64,000 nucleotides of DNA from Phoronis australis (taxonomy: Eukaryota > Animalia > Phoronida). The position numbers and the translations under genes are program-made. The notes beneath the pieces are model-generated. The model ran no database searches, was not told where the DNA came from, and saw only the letters and a list, made by a program, of their open reading frames with translations. Location of the stretch: the NCBI GenBank assembly GCA_002633005.1, contig NMRA01000815.1, forward strand, positions 70,394 through 134,393, read 5' to 3'. Shown here one piece after another: positions 1 through 28,099 of this stretch (position 1 is its first letter; the number at the start of each line of letters is the position of its first letter).

Positions 1-480
1 TGGTCAGATCCAGCTGAAAGCCATCCTCCTGCATTGTCACTTTCCTAAAAATACATTTCCAAACATATAAACTGCCACCAGGGGCAGAGCACAAGACAGA
101 TCCTTCCGAACATCAATGTCAGTCAAGCTCTCCTCACCAGGAAATTTCAATATGATCCATCAGCAAACTTGGCACACATTGAACCAAGCTCAAAAACACT
201 AAAATTGCCACTAGGGGGCATAGGAGTTCTGCCAGAAAATCAACTCCAGCCATGGTCTTGCCAATGAGAACATACCAATTAAATTTCATGACTATCGTCC
301 ACACCACTCAGGTGTTAAAGTGGCAGACACAAACTACAGGCACCAAAATAATTGCCACTTGCGGGTGCAGCCATACTCAATTCATCCATGAAATCTATGA
401 GTAGCATCACTTCCTAAACAGGAGCAAATGTGACTAATTCTGAAACTAAAAGAGGCAAACACAAAAACTTAAAATAGTCA
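1..480. repeat. Degenerate interspersed repeat with short internal subrepeats (FKTN intron)
   Basis: Recurring motifs (ataa/aa)ttgccacYagggg(g)c at ~68-85, ~203-219 and ~348-365, plus aaatttca(a)tga and aaacttggcacac. Family not identified. Confidence 0.4.
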
Positions 481-923
481 ATATGTCTATCAGTAGTCAG
501 ATTTGTCTTAAAGTCGTCATCCGTCATCAACTTCAGGAAACACCCAGTCAAATTTCAAGGAGTTTGGAAATACAGGAATCGATGCCTACATGTAAAATAT
601 TTTACAAAATTTTTGATCCCGCAAGCACTCAAACATGGCATTTCACCATACATGAAAACGCCTGAGCTAAATCTCTCTGCTATGCTCAATGCAAACGTTA
701 TCAAACAATAAATTTGATTAGTTTTCTCCCAAACTGTAGCATCTTCCAACAAAACATTTAGGACCCCCTGGTAAGAGCTCTAGGAGATGACCATAACAAA
801 GACCAGCATAGTTTACAACGACAGTGTGTTGACAATGTGCTGCCATCTATCCAATGACTATTGCCGGGAGATGAAGTACTTCATGTAGAGCTATCACATT
901 CCATCGCTATCCAAAATACATAC

Positions 924-3900
924 TTGGGAACACGCAGCAGTAGGCCGTCTGCCTCTACCAAAACTGTGTTGACTCTGAAACGGAAAAAACACAGCAAATT
1001 CTTAATATTACATGACACCATATCAAGCTATGAGTGAACCTACAAAATTTGGCTAAAATTCTTCAAAAAACTCATTCATACAACCAGATTTATGCACAGT
1101 AATCCAAAACATAACGATTCGTTTTTAGAATATTCCACCTTTTTGCATAAAGTGATTATTGTTGCTTTTTCACAACAAAAGTGCATCGTGGATTGTTTGA
1201 AAATAATTCGGTTTTAGTTTCACATCTTTCAAACTTTTGAGTGGAGAGGGTCGGAATAAGCGAACATTTTTGAACAATTTTGAACAGTCCCTCACTGACT
1301 CTAAGCCAACCAACCTGTCAACAAGAGCAGCACTTTGACCAAGTACTATGTGCCTTCCCTCAGAGCCAACACCACTCTTGATCAACCTTCTCTTGGCTTT
1401 ATGAAAACCGCTAAGAACAGAATGCCAAAGGTGCTTAGCTCCGCGCTCATAAAACAAAACCACGTGGATAATCTGTCCATTATGTTCAAATATGTAGTGC
1501 GTAGGAATAGTAACATTGTAATCAGAGGTCAAACTGAAGAGTCTTGGGTCACGATCCATAAACCTGATGACTGTGAACTGTCTGTCTTCAAACGTCTTGA
1601 TCAAGATGGGCTGAAACACCAATAGTTAAATAGTGCATTGGCAGATTTAGGAGGGGCTAAAGGGGCCCGGCCACACTCCTTCATGACATGACCAAAAAAT
1701 GGCACCAACATAATGTTATAACAGCTATCACCAGGGTTTGCCTTTTGAAAATTGTGTTCGGGCCAACCACGCGATATCCTACCTTTGACAGTGCTATGAA
1801 GACACTTAGTTGATCATTTATTTTGATCAGTTAGTCATATTAAAATAAATGCTATTGAAAAACTTGCTGCCTAATTAAACAAAATCTATGTATAACTGTA
1901 AGTATGTAATAGTTAGCTTGGATAACAAGATTTTTGTTATTTTCTGCTCATATAAACAAAAAGCCATGATAAGCAACTTCAGCTAACATCTGGGTTCCAA
2001 CTAACAGTGTGAAAACTGCAAACTCAGGACTGCAGACAAAATAATATATCTCATGACTACATAAAAATGAGTGAAAACTTACACCATCATATAACATTAT
2101 TGGAGTAGATGGGTACTGAGTTACTATCAATCTTTTTACAGATAGTAAAAATCAGTGCGAGTGCACGCCAGAATTTTGCGAGACACAAGACAACCAATCT
2201 AGAATCCAGAAAGTAATCGTCTGCTTGGTAAGCTGTCAGTTAAATTTGGATAGATGTTACCAGTTAATGGGCATCTATGATCAACTGAACTTCAGACTGC
2301 TTGAAATACAACTACAATGATTGATTTCTACAGATCGTTCATCTATGCTACAAGTGGTAATGCTATGATGGCCGCTACCCACAATCCTCTGTATATATGG
2401 CACCTCATCCTAACCGTAAAAAGGCCAATACTTGTCAAGTGACATCTGTAGGCAAATTACAAAGACATACTATCATCGGTCAAATAGAAAGGCCTTTTGT
2501 ATCATGACACTGGCAAAAAGAAACCCTGCAAAACAAACGATTATGAAGGCAATTTTGTAAAAACATTTAGCCCCCCATTAATGAACTTCATATTACATTT
2601 CGTTCGTAGACTTTTTAAGCTATTAAAATATACATTCACACAGATATTTGTGATGATGAAACTAAAGCAGTAAATTGGTCGATCAATTTCCATCTTACAT
2701 GATCTATCCACCGAGATCCCAGACCACCAAATGTGATGACATTACGGTCAGAGGCAAAGTTACACCTGCTCATTGTCCCGTTACTTCGAGCTAATGGACA
2801 CAGGGGTGTTGGGTCAATCAAAAACACATCCACATTGAAGGACATGCAGACCTGAAGAAAGAGCTGAACACTTGCCTACAAAATGACAAACAAGGCGATA
2901 ATTAATCAATCTTATCAATGATGACAATTTCAGGTGAAAGAAATATACTCTACTTGAAAAACAGAAACAAGGATTTTAAATTTTGTGAACTGGCAATGGA
3001 GTAATGAAAGCTTCTGCCAAAACAGAGCAGACCAAAAGGTCAATAACTATATTGTCTATTTCAGAGTGTTCCCAGTGTTCACATTGTTAATCACCTTCAG
3101 GGTCAGGGGTCAAACCACAGAAAGCCAGTTAGTACAGGGCCCAATGATCGGATCACCTCTTACTTAATGACAGGAATATGTTTCAGCAATCATGTGAATT
3201 AAACTAAAACTTCATAGAGACGAAATAGAAAGTGTAACGTCACAGTACTGAGATACCGGTAGTCTTAGGATATTCTGTCATCTAGGCTATAACTCTTGCC
3301 ACTTCCCTATGGGAACTTATATTGAGTCAAAATGTGCGACTAGAAAATTCCCAGTTAAGCCGTTTAAAAAAAACAGGTCAATACGATAATCTGTTCGGTT
3401 CACAGATGACGTGGCATGAGCATCAGATTATACTTTTTGATGAATTTTGCCAGCTTGAACAAACATTAGTACAAGTGAATAGGCCACCACCATATTTTAG
3501 TGGTCAATTTGGAGTATGCTGGCTAGGGGTGTGACATGGTCACTTTCACTCCTTGTTACTAGTCAAATTGGACCATGGGCCTCTTTTGTGAAAGTTGAAG
3601 ATATGACTGTCCCTATGACATCAGTGGCATTGTACAACTCGATAGATATTTTTTGTGACATAAGTAACAAGAACGTAGATGTTTGTCTCACTTCCGTTGT
3701 CGTTATGGCGATGCTGAAATGTTGAATTGTGGAAGAAACTCCAACCAACCTCGCTTGGTCCATTACGTATGTCAAGATTTCTCAGTTTAAGTGTCTCACG
3801 AGTATCTTGCCTTACACAACACACCCTCGGTTGGTGCCATGACATCAACAGAAGGGAGACAAAAATCAACCCTAGTGCTACAGTGTTTATCTCACGAAAG

Positions 3901-5739
3901 GTAAAGTGACATTCTACAATATTGCTGCATACTTTTAGGTTAGTACCATGATGTCATGATCTACCTTGCTATTATCGCACATACTTGGTAATGTGAAATG
4001 TGATTCCATTGTTGCATAATTTTTATGAAGCGGCAGTGTGGCAATAAAGAAAGAAACAAGTAACACAAGCCCAGTAAGGGACACGTTAAGCATTTTGGCA
4101 ATATCAAAACATTCCTTTTGAGGCATTATAAGTACCAAGAACTGCTTTGTCATTTTCAAGTCATGCACTGTAGACACCTTCAGACAATATTTTGAAAATT
4201 TGTAGGCATTCAAACCAAGTAGAAGCCCTTCAAAAATGATAAAGGAAAAGACTTGCAATGATTTTTGTTCAAAATTGATGGATTGATTATCAAAATGGAG
4301 ACCATTAGTGTTGTGAGATAGCTGGAATCAAACTTTTTTGTGTTGTGATCTCAAAAGTTACATCATACTTACATGTTTTTTGTTGACGTTTGTATTACTG
4401 TTAACCTGCAAAGACACAAGTAAATCCAGAGTAATACTAAAATCAAATGTTTTTTAACAGTCCTTCGGCAACTGGCCATTTTTACACTACTCGCGCCAAG
4501 AGATATGATGTCATATCTCTTGGGGCGAGCAGTGTAAAAAATGGCCAGTTGCCGATTAGGTTTAACTGAATGAAGGGCTGGTCAAAAAAGCTTGATTGCG
4601 AGAGAATTTTTTTCGAGATGGGAAGAGTTAAAGATATCAAACACCTCCTTAGGTGTCCCTGTATGCGCAAAAGTAGCCTTGGTACAAAGCTGTATACTAA
4701 ATATACAGCTTTAAGTTTGCGCCGATGTGGGTAAAAAAGTGGTAAGATAAAATCTGACACAAAATTAGTGTCATTAAAAACTACAGTCTTCCTTGAGTAA
4801 ACTAAATTATTTAATGGTGTTAGAAAAAATGGCGTTCTACCGTTATGCTGCTGCTAAAGTTGTGGAGCGATCTGCTTCGGCTTTTGGCGCCATGAAGTAT
4901 TGCGTTACATATTGGCCAGTCTTTTTCCGCCAATTCTTCAATCAACTGTTGTTCTTTCACGAGGTTGCGTACACGTCGCAACAAATTATTGGAACTGGTT
5001 TCACTTCATAAGTTCTTAGAATTTCAATACCGAAAAAACGAATTTCAGAACAAATTTTGTTGCTGCGAAGTTGTCGCAAAAAATTAGGAAATGGAATGTG
5101 CACGTGACACGAGCGTACTGTTTTCAAAACGAACATACTTTTCATTGTTACAAAAGTTCAAGAATGACGCAAGAAAATGACGTTTGTTGCATTGTTTTTC
5201 ACTTAAACGGTTGTAACGGGCAAGGTGAGTAACGGTTGACTCCCAGATGTTGCATTCAACCCGTCCAGTCTTTAGCTTTACATGTTGAAACAAATTTCAC
5301 GGCGAGGTAACGACTGAGCAGATCTACCCTGGCTGCATGCAAATTCAGGTGTATGGAAGGCCTACGAGATGGCCACCGTCTCCACTGAGGCCGGTTGAGA
5401 CGGTGAGGTTGAGGTACTGTCTTAGGCAAGGGGCTACGTGTTGCCTAGTACTCAGTAGTACTGTCTTAATCTTTTTGACTAACATTTTTTGATAAAACTA
5501 AAAACAAAAATTCCATGTAAATCCGCCATGGTTGCCACAGCAACTTCAACCAAGTTTGAACACATATTAATCAGTGTTAATACAACAGAGATACAGGAGA
5601 TAAAACTCAGTACGTAAATACTTGCCTCTTTAAATCTTGGCACCGAGTTCTCGTTGTACCGACACAGAAAGCTAACCTGAATCAAAAGGAAAACAAAGCC
5701 GCATGCTAGCAAGCCATCCAATGCGACTTGTTTTTTCAT
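924..5739 (-). CDS. FKTN: Fukutin (ribitol-5-phosphate transferase), 5' portion; gene continues beyond the left edge
   Basis: Phase-consistent exons: 5739-5626 (or -5677; MKKQVALDGLLACGFVFLLIQ..., type II TM anchor), 2875-2699 (ASVQLFLQVCMSFNVDVFLIDP...RCNF), 1610-1315 (DRDPRL...IPTHYIF...IHVVLFYERGAKHLWH...GQSAALVDR), 974-924 (RVNTVLVEADGLLLRVPK). These follow recalled fukutin motifs VFLIDP, KDPRL, IPLHY, IHLVVFHERSGNYLWH, AFDR|PEL...VDGLEVLIPK in order. The catalytic LicD/DxD part is not in the window. Confidence 0.9.
4441..4597. repeat. Long near-perfect palindrome / foldback element in FKTN intron 1
   Basis: 4465-4555: TCGGCAACTGGCCATTTTTACACTACTCGCGCCAAGAGATATGA-TG-TCATATCTCTTGGGGCGAGCAGTGTAAAAAATGGCCAGTTGCCGA (~44-bp arms). 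Outer imperfect arms at 4441-4466 and 4572-4597. Confidence 0.85.
4675..5350 (-). mobile_element. Copy of the ~760-bp repeat unit also found at 26335-27815 (opposite orientation)
   Basis: The reverse complement aligns with 26420-27095. The spurious ORFs MSKLNYL..LEKMAFYRY appear at both 4793(+) and 26980(-). Confidence 0.85.
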
Positions 5740-5899
5740 GAAATGTTCGTAAAGCCGTGGGCACTTGATCTACGTCGTCCACATGAGATGAACTCTGTTT
5801 GGTTAGTAACACAACAGAGAACTTGACAAGAAGACGATGAATGGGACATCAATCAACCGTTCCTTGAATCTTTCTTCACCATGGCTTGCAAGACCAAAA

Positions 5900-6500
5900 G
5901 TAGGTCAAGGAGGTCATTGTCTCTTTCTCGCTAAGGTTTCCCTGTGAGACATCTATTTTTAGCAGTTCCCTGATTACTGGGAAGTGCCTTCTTCAGAACT
6001 CACGACGTCGCTTTATCAGGCAGGCATCGCGTTGAGGCGAATGCTTAATAATACATTTGGCTTCATTTTCACCGAAAAATCCGCCTTATCCAGCACCGGA
6101 TAAGTTTTTATAGTTTCATGCATCCCAGATGGCGAAAAAGTGAGGAAATTCAACTGAATTTGCCAACTCGGGAATGCCAGGGACACTAGCGCGCCGGGGA
6201 CCGTCGACCGCGCGACAAGCGGTCGAATAGAAAATCATTGACTCCGAGTTTATTGGCTCACGTGTGTTGTCCACGACTAGAAGCGATAAGTAACAACTTT
6301 CCAGTTTAGAGACCTCCAGCAACTGAAATTTCATATTCACAAAGCATAAAAAGTACAGAATATTCCGCCCATGGAACTCTGACCGGTTATCAAGTTCGGA
6401 ATTTGACGCTGACGGAGGACGGCCGAATTACAGAAATCGCGGCTCGATTGACTTAATCCTCTTAGTAAAACGAGTGAAAGTTCCAAATTTTCTGTTGAAA
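5900..6500 (-). promoter_or_regulatory. Likely FKTN promoter / 5' UTR region
   Basis: CpG-enriched stretch upstream of the FKTN ATG, with a CCAAT box (attgg, ~6252) and a CACGTG E-box (~6259). The TSS is not determined. Confidence 0.35.
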
Positions 6501-6603
6501 AACAAACTAGCTAAAATCAAATAGGCTACATGCACTACTGATAGGCCCTATGTAGTCAGTCCAGACGACGGTACGGCGCATGTGCGAGTTTTCGGCTCTT
6601 ATT

Positions 6604-7602
6604 CATAGGCGGATTTAGGGGGGGGGCCCAGGCCCCCCCCCTTGGCCGCCGCAAATAAAATAAAACAGTAAGAGCGTAGGGAAATGGCGAGTTTATTAAT
6701 TAACCCCGGTAATTAAAATTGTACGAATGAAAAAAGATTTAAATGTGTGCAATTTTAGTGTTGGGGGGGGGGCTCAAACCCAATTTCAAGTGTCAAACTC
6801 GGAACACGGCGCATTCGCAACGGAACTATGGCTAAGAATAGGCTCTCCCGCGATATCCCAGGCGACCGGCAGTGGCGCTGCGCACTACGACTCCGTTTTC
6901 GTCGTCTGCTCCACTGTGCAATGAAGAAAATTTGCTTCATTTTTTAAAGAAAATGGAACCTGAGTGACGATAAAAAACAGAAGCTGCTGGTAAGATGTGA
7001 ATTTTAATCGAAGCCTTAGTGAATCACTCAGAAACTCGCAATACTCTCTTTGTCAAACCTTATCTTAAGACGATTTCCAAAGCAATCCCGTCATTATTGC
7101 CAACACGAAAAACGGATTTGGTCTTTTGGGCATTTGAAGACTATTTTAAATACGACAAATTTGTTAAGAATTGATGGCACAAAATATAAAACGTATAGCA
7201 TTACGAAAAGAAGTAGGTTTCGCGCGCAAACGCTGTCGACCATAAACAAGTAGGTCTTTTAGTAGTGAAGTCGTGTTGGTGTAGTGGTAACGCACGCGCT
7301 CTCTATGCGTGAGGGCGTGAGTTCGAGTCTTTGTTACGTTCAGTTTTTCCTGTTGGACACGTTCTCCGTGTTTTTTTTTTTTCCTTTTTTTCTTGGATAA
7401 TACTTCAGGAATCAAGGAAAATGCTTGATTTTTAGACGTAAAAACAGAAAAATTTCCTGAGCGGGAGGGGGGTTTGCCCCCCTCCCGACCTCCCCCCATT
7501 CGGTGCTATGCGCATCTACAATCGTGGTTCAGTTTGCGCAAATGCTTACAGCCGGACAAAATGTTGGGCCCCCCCCCTTGTGATATCCTAGATCCGCCAC
7601 TG
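6604..7602. mobile_element. Non-autonomous TIR DNA transposon (hAT/Tip100-like ends)
   Basis: Termini CATAGGCGGATTTAG ... CTAGATCCGCCACTG (imperfect 15-bp TIR) with G/C-run subterminal hairpins. A related left-end fragment lies at ~1637-1680. No clean TSD seen. Confidence 0.6.
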
Positions 7603-10600
7603 TTATTCTTTATAATTTCCACGGGTCAGTCAATACACAGAATGCATAAAAAGAGGTGGGTCTATATTCCGGCGGTGCATCAGCATGGGTTTACAAATTT
7701 ACTCAAATAATTCACCTATACATGTACGGCCCCGTGTGCGGCGTCCCAGAACGGTCGCTATAGGCATACCAAACAGGCCCGAAATTGAGATTGTATTGTA
7801 AGGTATGAATGGTTAACCTATATTTTGTAAACGAATCTTTTGTTAGTAATTGGTATGAATGGAATAAAATAAAATGACTTAGTCAAAAATGTTGTGACAA
7901 CTATAAAAATGGAGCTTGCGTCCCAGTGCGATAATTTTCAGTTTCGAAAATAATCTCCTTGTAAAGATCAACTCGCAACACTCTGCTGAACGGGTCAGTC
8001 GATCCTTTCCTCAAAATAAAATGTCTTTTGGTGCCATGTAAAGGAAAGACGCCACACAGACAAAAAATTTAATATACTGGCCGAATGTGACTATAGCAGA
8101 ATTCTATTAACGGGTTCCATTTCTTGCAATGAATATTTTCTGCAACAGTTGCCAATTTCGCTCAGACCATTTCTTTCCAAAGCCACTCAGTTAAGCTACC
8201 ATTTTAAAATTCTTGACGATGCTCTACATTTCCGCCTTAATACGTTGCACGAAGAGCAACTGAAGTATTGATGTGTTTGTTTTTAACGCTGAAAAAGCAT
8301 AAACATTTGATCAAGACCTGACCGCGAGTGTTTCTTGATTACACGATATGCTGCGCACAAAGCCAAGTGTTTTGGACTGAGAGGTGTTTTTGTAAACACA
8401 GAAACAAAACGGTGAATTTTTATACGTTTCACAAGTTCATCAGTAACCCGAATTTTTCGGATTTTAATATTTGGACGTATGGAGTTATGCTCTTGTTAAG
8501 TCAAATGAGTTAGAAAACGTAAATTAGGTAGAAAATAAGTAGACTGGACGCACTGACGACGTTTAAAGTAATGTTTTTGAATAATTTGATTCTTTCGCCG
8601 TTATAGCTAGTTTCCATTAGAAAGACAATTCACGTTTAAAACTCAGTTCGGTTGTTGTCGGAGGGCTGAAGCTTACCCAGGAATAGAATTCCATACTCAG
8701 GGCAACAGGTCAAAACAGCTCAGGAGTACGTAGTGGTCAGTATGATCTCCACTAGACGAGTGAGGACCAAAAAACGTTGTCAAGACAAAAGGAGGTCCAT
8801 GCCACTGACTAATTACAATCTAAGTATCTAAGTGAAAACCGCAGGAGACCGTAGAACAAAATTCAAATCGATTAAAATATTGTTTACCAGTTCCGTTTCT
8901 GCCAGTTAACACAGTCATTTTCACCAAAAATTTCAGAGGCTCCAACCTAGTGAGAACTACTTGGTATGGCAGCGCCACAAGAATGCCATGGAGGTGACCA
9001 ATTCAGTGCATATTTTTGGCCAGTTCCCCTTTTGAAATTGGCCCGCACATCATTCCTAGACTGAATGAGTTCCCTGCTGCAGCCTGAGGGTCTTTACCTA
9101 AATTTCAATTCGTGTAAAGGTTTCATCAGGAGGGAAGTCCAAGAAGATTGAAAGGTTTACTACATAGGAAAAGTTAAGGGGAACACTCCCCCACCTACAT
9201 GTACACAACCAAAAATGTCGCCAGCATGTCATTTTTATGACTTACGGATATCCATCCAAAATTTTGGTTGCCCCTCTCACCACACCCTAGATGCACCTGT
9301 GACCCAGGTCAAGTTACTGTTGATTAATAAGATGTGACAGACTTTGAAAGTTAAAATTTGTTATGATAGTGAAATGTTAAAATGTATGTGTAAGACTAGG
9401 GTAAACCACTCACTGACAAGACTTTTTTAAAGTGAAACAAAATACACAAATAAGTCGACTAAGAATTTAATATAACTTTGATCATTCCAAATTTTAGAAC
9501 TGAAAGTTCCATGTATACTTGGAATCACATCGCAAGTCGTTTGTTTAGTACAAAATACAGAATATGTGCACTTGACCCCAAATTACAAATGTCATTGTAC
9601 TTATTCAACAGTTTTCAAATTCAATAAAATGTTTGTCTTCAACTCAAAATCATTATGTATGGACAACCATGCTCAGACTTCGATCCCAGTTTCACAGTTA
9701 AAATAACAAAAATTCTGGTGCCTCTCTTTGATAATAGGCCACTTTTCGAATCTGACACAACATAAACACGAACTGTACAGATGACTTGAAAATAGAACTT
9801 ATACATAATCAATGATCGTGTGAAAAAGTCACTATAGGGATGTTACCTCTTCAAAGATCAGGGCCTGTGACCACAAAACTACTCAGTCCATTAAGTTACT
9901 TGGAATTTAAAAATAACTAACACAGTGATTTCTCATGTTTGAAGACCACCAAAACATACTCAACTAAACGAACATGAAATTTTGAGTGATTCACCATTTT
10001 TAAGTACTACTAAAAGTGACCACCAGTAATTCTTGTGTAAATTCTCGAGTACACTTTGTCTTGAGAAAATTATTCAAAAGTTCCAAAACTCCTATGTAGC
10101 TTTCAAGAAAAAGTTCTCAACATATGGTACAATTTATTTGATGTCTGAATTTCATAATTTGATACCTTACTATATATATTCACTGGGATTATATTTAACT
10201 TGCTTTGCGAAATACATACCCCATACTTTTTATTTGGAAAATCAGCAGACGACATTGACCTTTTTCGCACCTCCTTTACTGGAAAACTTCAAATTCATTG
10301 ACTGACCTGTAGAGGGTGCTCATCACACCAAAGATCATTAGTCTGAGTACATCTTGAAGAGACTTGAATAAAGTTTGGTGGTCGCTAATTTCTGAGTAAG
10401 AACAGTAATTTAAAGTTCTGAGTAAAGTATGGTGGTTGCAAGCACAGCCCATACTGACATATCTACAAGAAGGAGAAATCTCTTTAAAGCAGCTTCCAAC
10501 AACTGCATGAACACATGCGAGTTATGAAAACAATATGATCGCAATCCTTGACATCATTCCAAGCATCATCCCAAAGATTAACCAGAGAGGGCGGTTATCC

Positions 10601-10784
10601 ATCAACCACCTCTGCTTTACATTCCACACAGCCTCAAATTTCATTTCCAAACTTAGAGTTCAACTCTAACACGTGAATGAGTTGATGTCAATTTCAATGA
10701 GAACGATGTCGAGAAGAAGTACTTCAAATCTGAACTTCATTCCAGATTCCGAAGCTGAGTTATGGCCCTTTCCCTCCATGACGT

Positions 10785-25229
<14,445 letters not shown>

Positions 25230-25232
<3 letters not shown>

Positions 25233-25800
25233 TGCCACAGAGGTTTGAGATTGAATGTCTTTAGACTACACTTCATTGCCATAGGCGTCATCGTCGCATG
25301 TGTTATTTTTTCTCAAAGAGTCAGAGTGAGCAGTAAGCTTCGATCTTCAGAAACCTGCAGGCAAGAATGATGAAGTATTTGAGAGTATAGAAATAGCATT
25401 TTATTAACTTTAATCGGTGATCACATGAGGCTGCATCGTTGCTTCATTAGAGATAACTATGAGTCTGATAATAGGTACACAGTACGTGTATTGACCTGCC
25501 TCCTGTTCAGTAACGGTAGGACCTTGCTAGGCAATTACATCGCCTGAATGCCGCGGGCATACAAGGGCGATAGTAGATCCCATAAAGTTATTCATTTCAA
25601 AATACAGCAAATAAAATCGAATGAAACATGCATGTGCTCATAGAGTTATAATCAACACATACCATAACTCTGGATACAATTTAGTCAACATAACTTGAAC
25701 ATATCCATGAAAATCTATCGCGGTTCTCTAGAGTTTCTCTCACCGGGTGCCATTTTGAGGAAGTTCTGTGAAATCACAGCTGTAGACGAACAAAGTCCAA
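25230..25800 (-). other. Putative RAD17 5' UTR exons (~25790-25663 and 25354-25230)
   Basis: Donor ATG|GTATGT at 25663, acceptor CTGCAG| at 25354, donor ATG|GTAAGC at 25230. An AAAATGGC (YY1-like) motif lies near 25750 and the CpG-rich promoter at 25850-25950. Confidence 0.55.
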
Positions 25801-26234
25801 GGGACACAAACATAACAAATTTCACCTGATATCTTCCCATGCTATTTTGCATGTGTCACGCGCCATGTCACGCCCTTCGCTCAGTCTCGCGCTAGCCTTT
25901 GCCTAACTCACGTCACTCAGTTGAAATATTTTGTGGTTATCGCGCGCATGGTGAAAAAGGTAACAGTGACCAAAAAAGTGGAGTTGTAATTCTTCGCCAA
26001 AGTCACATATGCTTCAACAAAGAAATGTGTAGAAGTATAAAGGATCACTGAAGAATGTAAGCGCCTTTTTATGTGATAGTTTTAAGTGTACAATGTATTT
26101 TTGATGAGGTGAAAAAACTCTTAATCGCTGAGCAGATTTCGCCTACCGCCCGTTTAAATACATGGGATGAAATTAGTACAGAAAGCGATGAGAAGTATTG
26201 CAGCCAGCCCTAACCAGCCAACTGATGAGATAGG

Positions 26235-27924
26235 TGTTGCTTACGACCTTGCTAAAAAGCAAGACTTTGCGAGATTACAGGAGACATAGCGTATATTTCA
26301 AATGAGAACAGGGGACTTTGACTAGATTTTAGCAAGGTCCTAGCCAGCCAGCTAGCTGTATGAAGACTGTCGTCAAAATACAACTAGGAACCACTGTGTG
26401 TTTTTCTTCCATAGACCCCGAAATTGTACAAAGTCAGGATAGTTCTGCTCATCACCTCGCCGTGAAACTTGTTTCAACATGCAAAGCAAAAGACCGGACA
26501 GGGTGCATGCAAAATCTGGGAGACAACCGACATTCAACTTTACCGTTATAATCGTTTAATTGAAAAACAATGCAGTAAATGTCAGTTTCTTGCGTCATTC
26601 TCTACCTTTTGTAACAATGAAAAGTATGTTGTCGTTTTGAAAACAGTACGCTCATGTCACCCGCACACGCCATTTCCTAAATTTTTGCAACAAATTCGCA
26701 GCAGCAAAATTTGTTCTGAAATTCGGTTTTTCGGTATCAAAATTCTATTAAACAATTGTAACTAAATGAAACCAGTTCCGATAATTTGTTGTGACATCTA
26801 CCCAACCTCGTGGAAGAAGTACACTTGATTGAAGAATTGGCAAAAAGAGACTAGCCAATAGGTGACGCAAAATTTCATGGTGCCGAAAGCCATCGCTAAA
26901 GATCGTTCCACAACTTTAGCATCTGAATAACGGTAGAACGCCATTTTTTCCAATACCGTTAAATAATTTAGTTTACTCAAGGAAGACTGTAGTTTTTAAA
27001 GACACTAATTTTGAGTCAGATTTTATCTTACCACTTTTTTACCCACATCGGTGCAAAGCTGTATATTTAAAGCATACAGCTCTGTACCAAGGCTAGCTAG
27101 GTCCTAGCCAGCCAGATAGCTGCATGAAGACTATCGTCAAAATACACCTAAGTACCACTGTGAGCTAATCTTCCACAGATCCCGAAATTGCACACAGCCA
27201 GGGTAGTTCTGCTCGTCACCCCACCACGAAACCTGTATCAACATGTAGAGCTAAAGAACGGACGGGGTGCATGGAAAATCTGGGAATCAAACGACACTCA
27301 CCTTGCCCGTTACAGCTATTTAAGTGGAAAACAATCTAATAAACCTCATTTTCTTGCGTAATCCTCCAGCCTTTTGAACAATGAAAAGTATTTTTTGCGA
27401 CATCTCTCGGGAGATGATGATAGCTTGGCAGCAGCAAAATTTCTTCTGAAATTCGTTTTTTCGGTATCAAAATTCAAAAAACTTGTAAATGACACCAGTT
27501 CCGATAATTTGTTATGATATCTACGCAACCTCATGAAAGAAGAACACTTGATTGAAGAATCGGCGAAAAAAGAAACTGGCCAATAGGTGACGCAATATTT
27601 CACGGTGCCGAAAGCCATCCCTAAAGTTCGCTCCTCAACTTTAGCAGCAGAGTAACAGTAGAACGTCATTTTTTGGGTTACTCAAAGAAAACTGTAGCTT
27701 TTAATGACACTAATTTTGTGTCAGATTTTATCTTCCCACTTTTTTACCCACATTGGCACAAAGTTGTATATTTAGACTTTCGTATTCATCTTTGTATCAA
27801 GGCTAGCTTGGTCCTAGCAGAAGTCCTAGCACAGGCACCTTTAATGATTAATCAGTCCTCAACAATATATTATAGTATATTGTCAAGGGCTGATTAAAGG
27901 TGCCTGTGGTCCTAGCGTAACTGA
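26235..27924 (+). mobile_element. Non-autonomous TIR element with a tandemly duplicated 764-bp internal unit, between RAD17 and ATG4D
   Basis: Units start with aggtcctagccagccag at 26335 and 27099. The left part (26235-26345) matches 57720-57828, and the right end GGTCCTAGCGTAACTGA matches the end at 57830-57847. Confidence 0.75.
27830..27908. mobile_element. 79-bp palindromic MITE, P-element-like (CA...TG ends, 7-bp TSD)
   Basis: CACAGGCACCTTTAAT...ATTAAAGGTGCCTGTG flanked by GTCCTAG at 27823-27829 and 27909-27915. Confidence 0.75.
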
Positions 27925-28099
27925 ACAAGCGCCAGGAGATCCACGAGTGTCACGTTGACAACGACGTAAGCTTGCAACATTGTTCCAACTTCTGTGCTTG
28001 TATAATGACTCATGGACTATTTCAGAGAACCACACAAGGAATCGAAATATATCCCAGCAATTTGGAATGGCGGGTTCATGGGGATCCGCAATGTATATA

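Noticed and set aside
555-752. Candidate further FKTN exon
   Set aside because: The required phase from the acceptor at ~661 hits a stop within 6 codons, and no fukutin motif (IEC, FWLSSGT, DVD) appears in any frame read.
4482-5293. Similar short ORFs repeated at 4.5-5.3 kb and 26.4-27.9 kb (e.g. MSKLNYL...MAFYRY)
   Set aside because: They are copies of a non-coding repeat unit. Frames are broken differently in each copy and no domain motif is present.
26335-27815. CRISPR-like or prokaryotic array
   Set aside because: Eukaryotic context; units are ~764 bp with no repeat-spacer structure and no cas genes.
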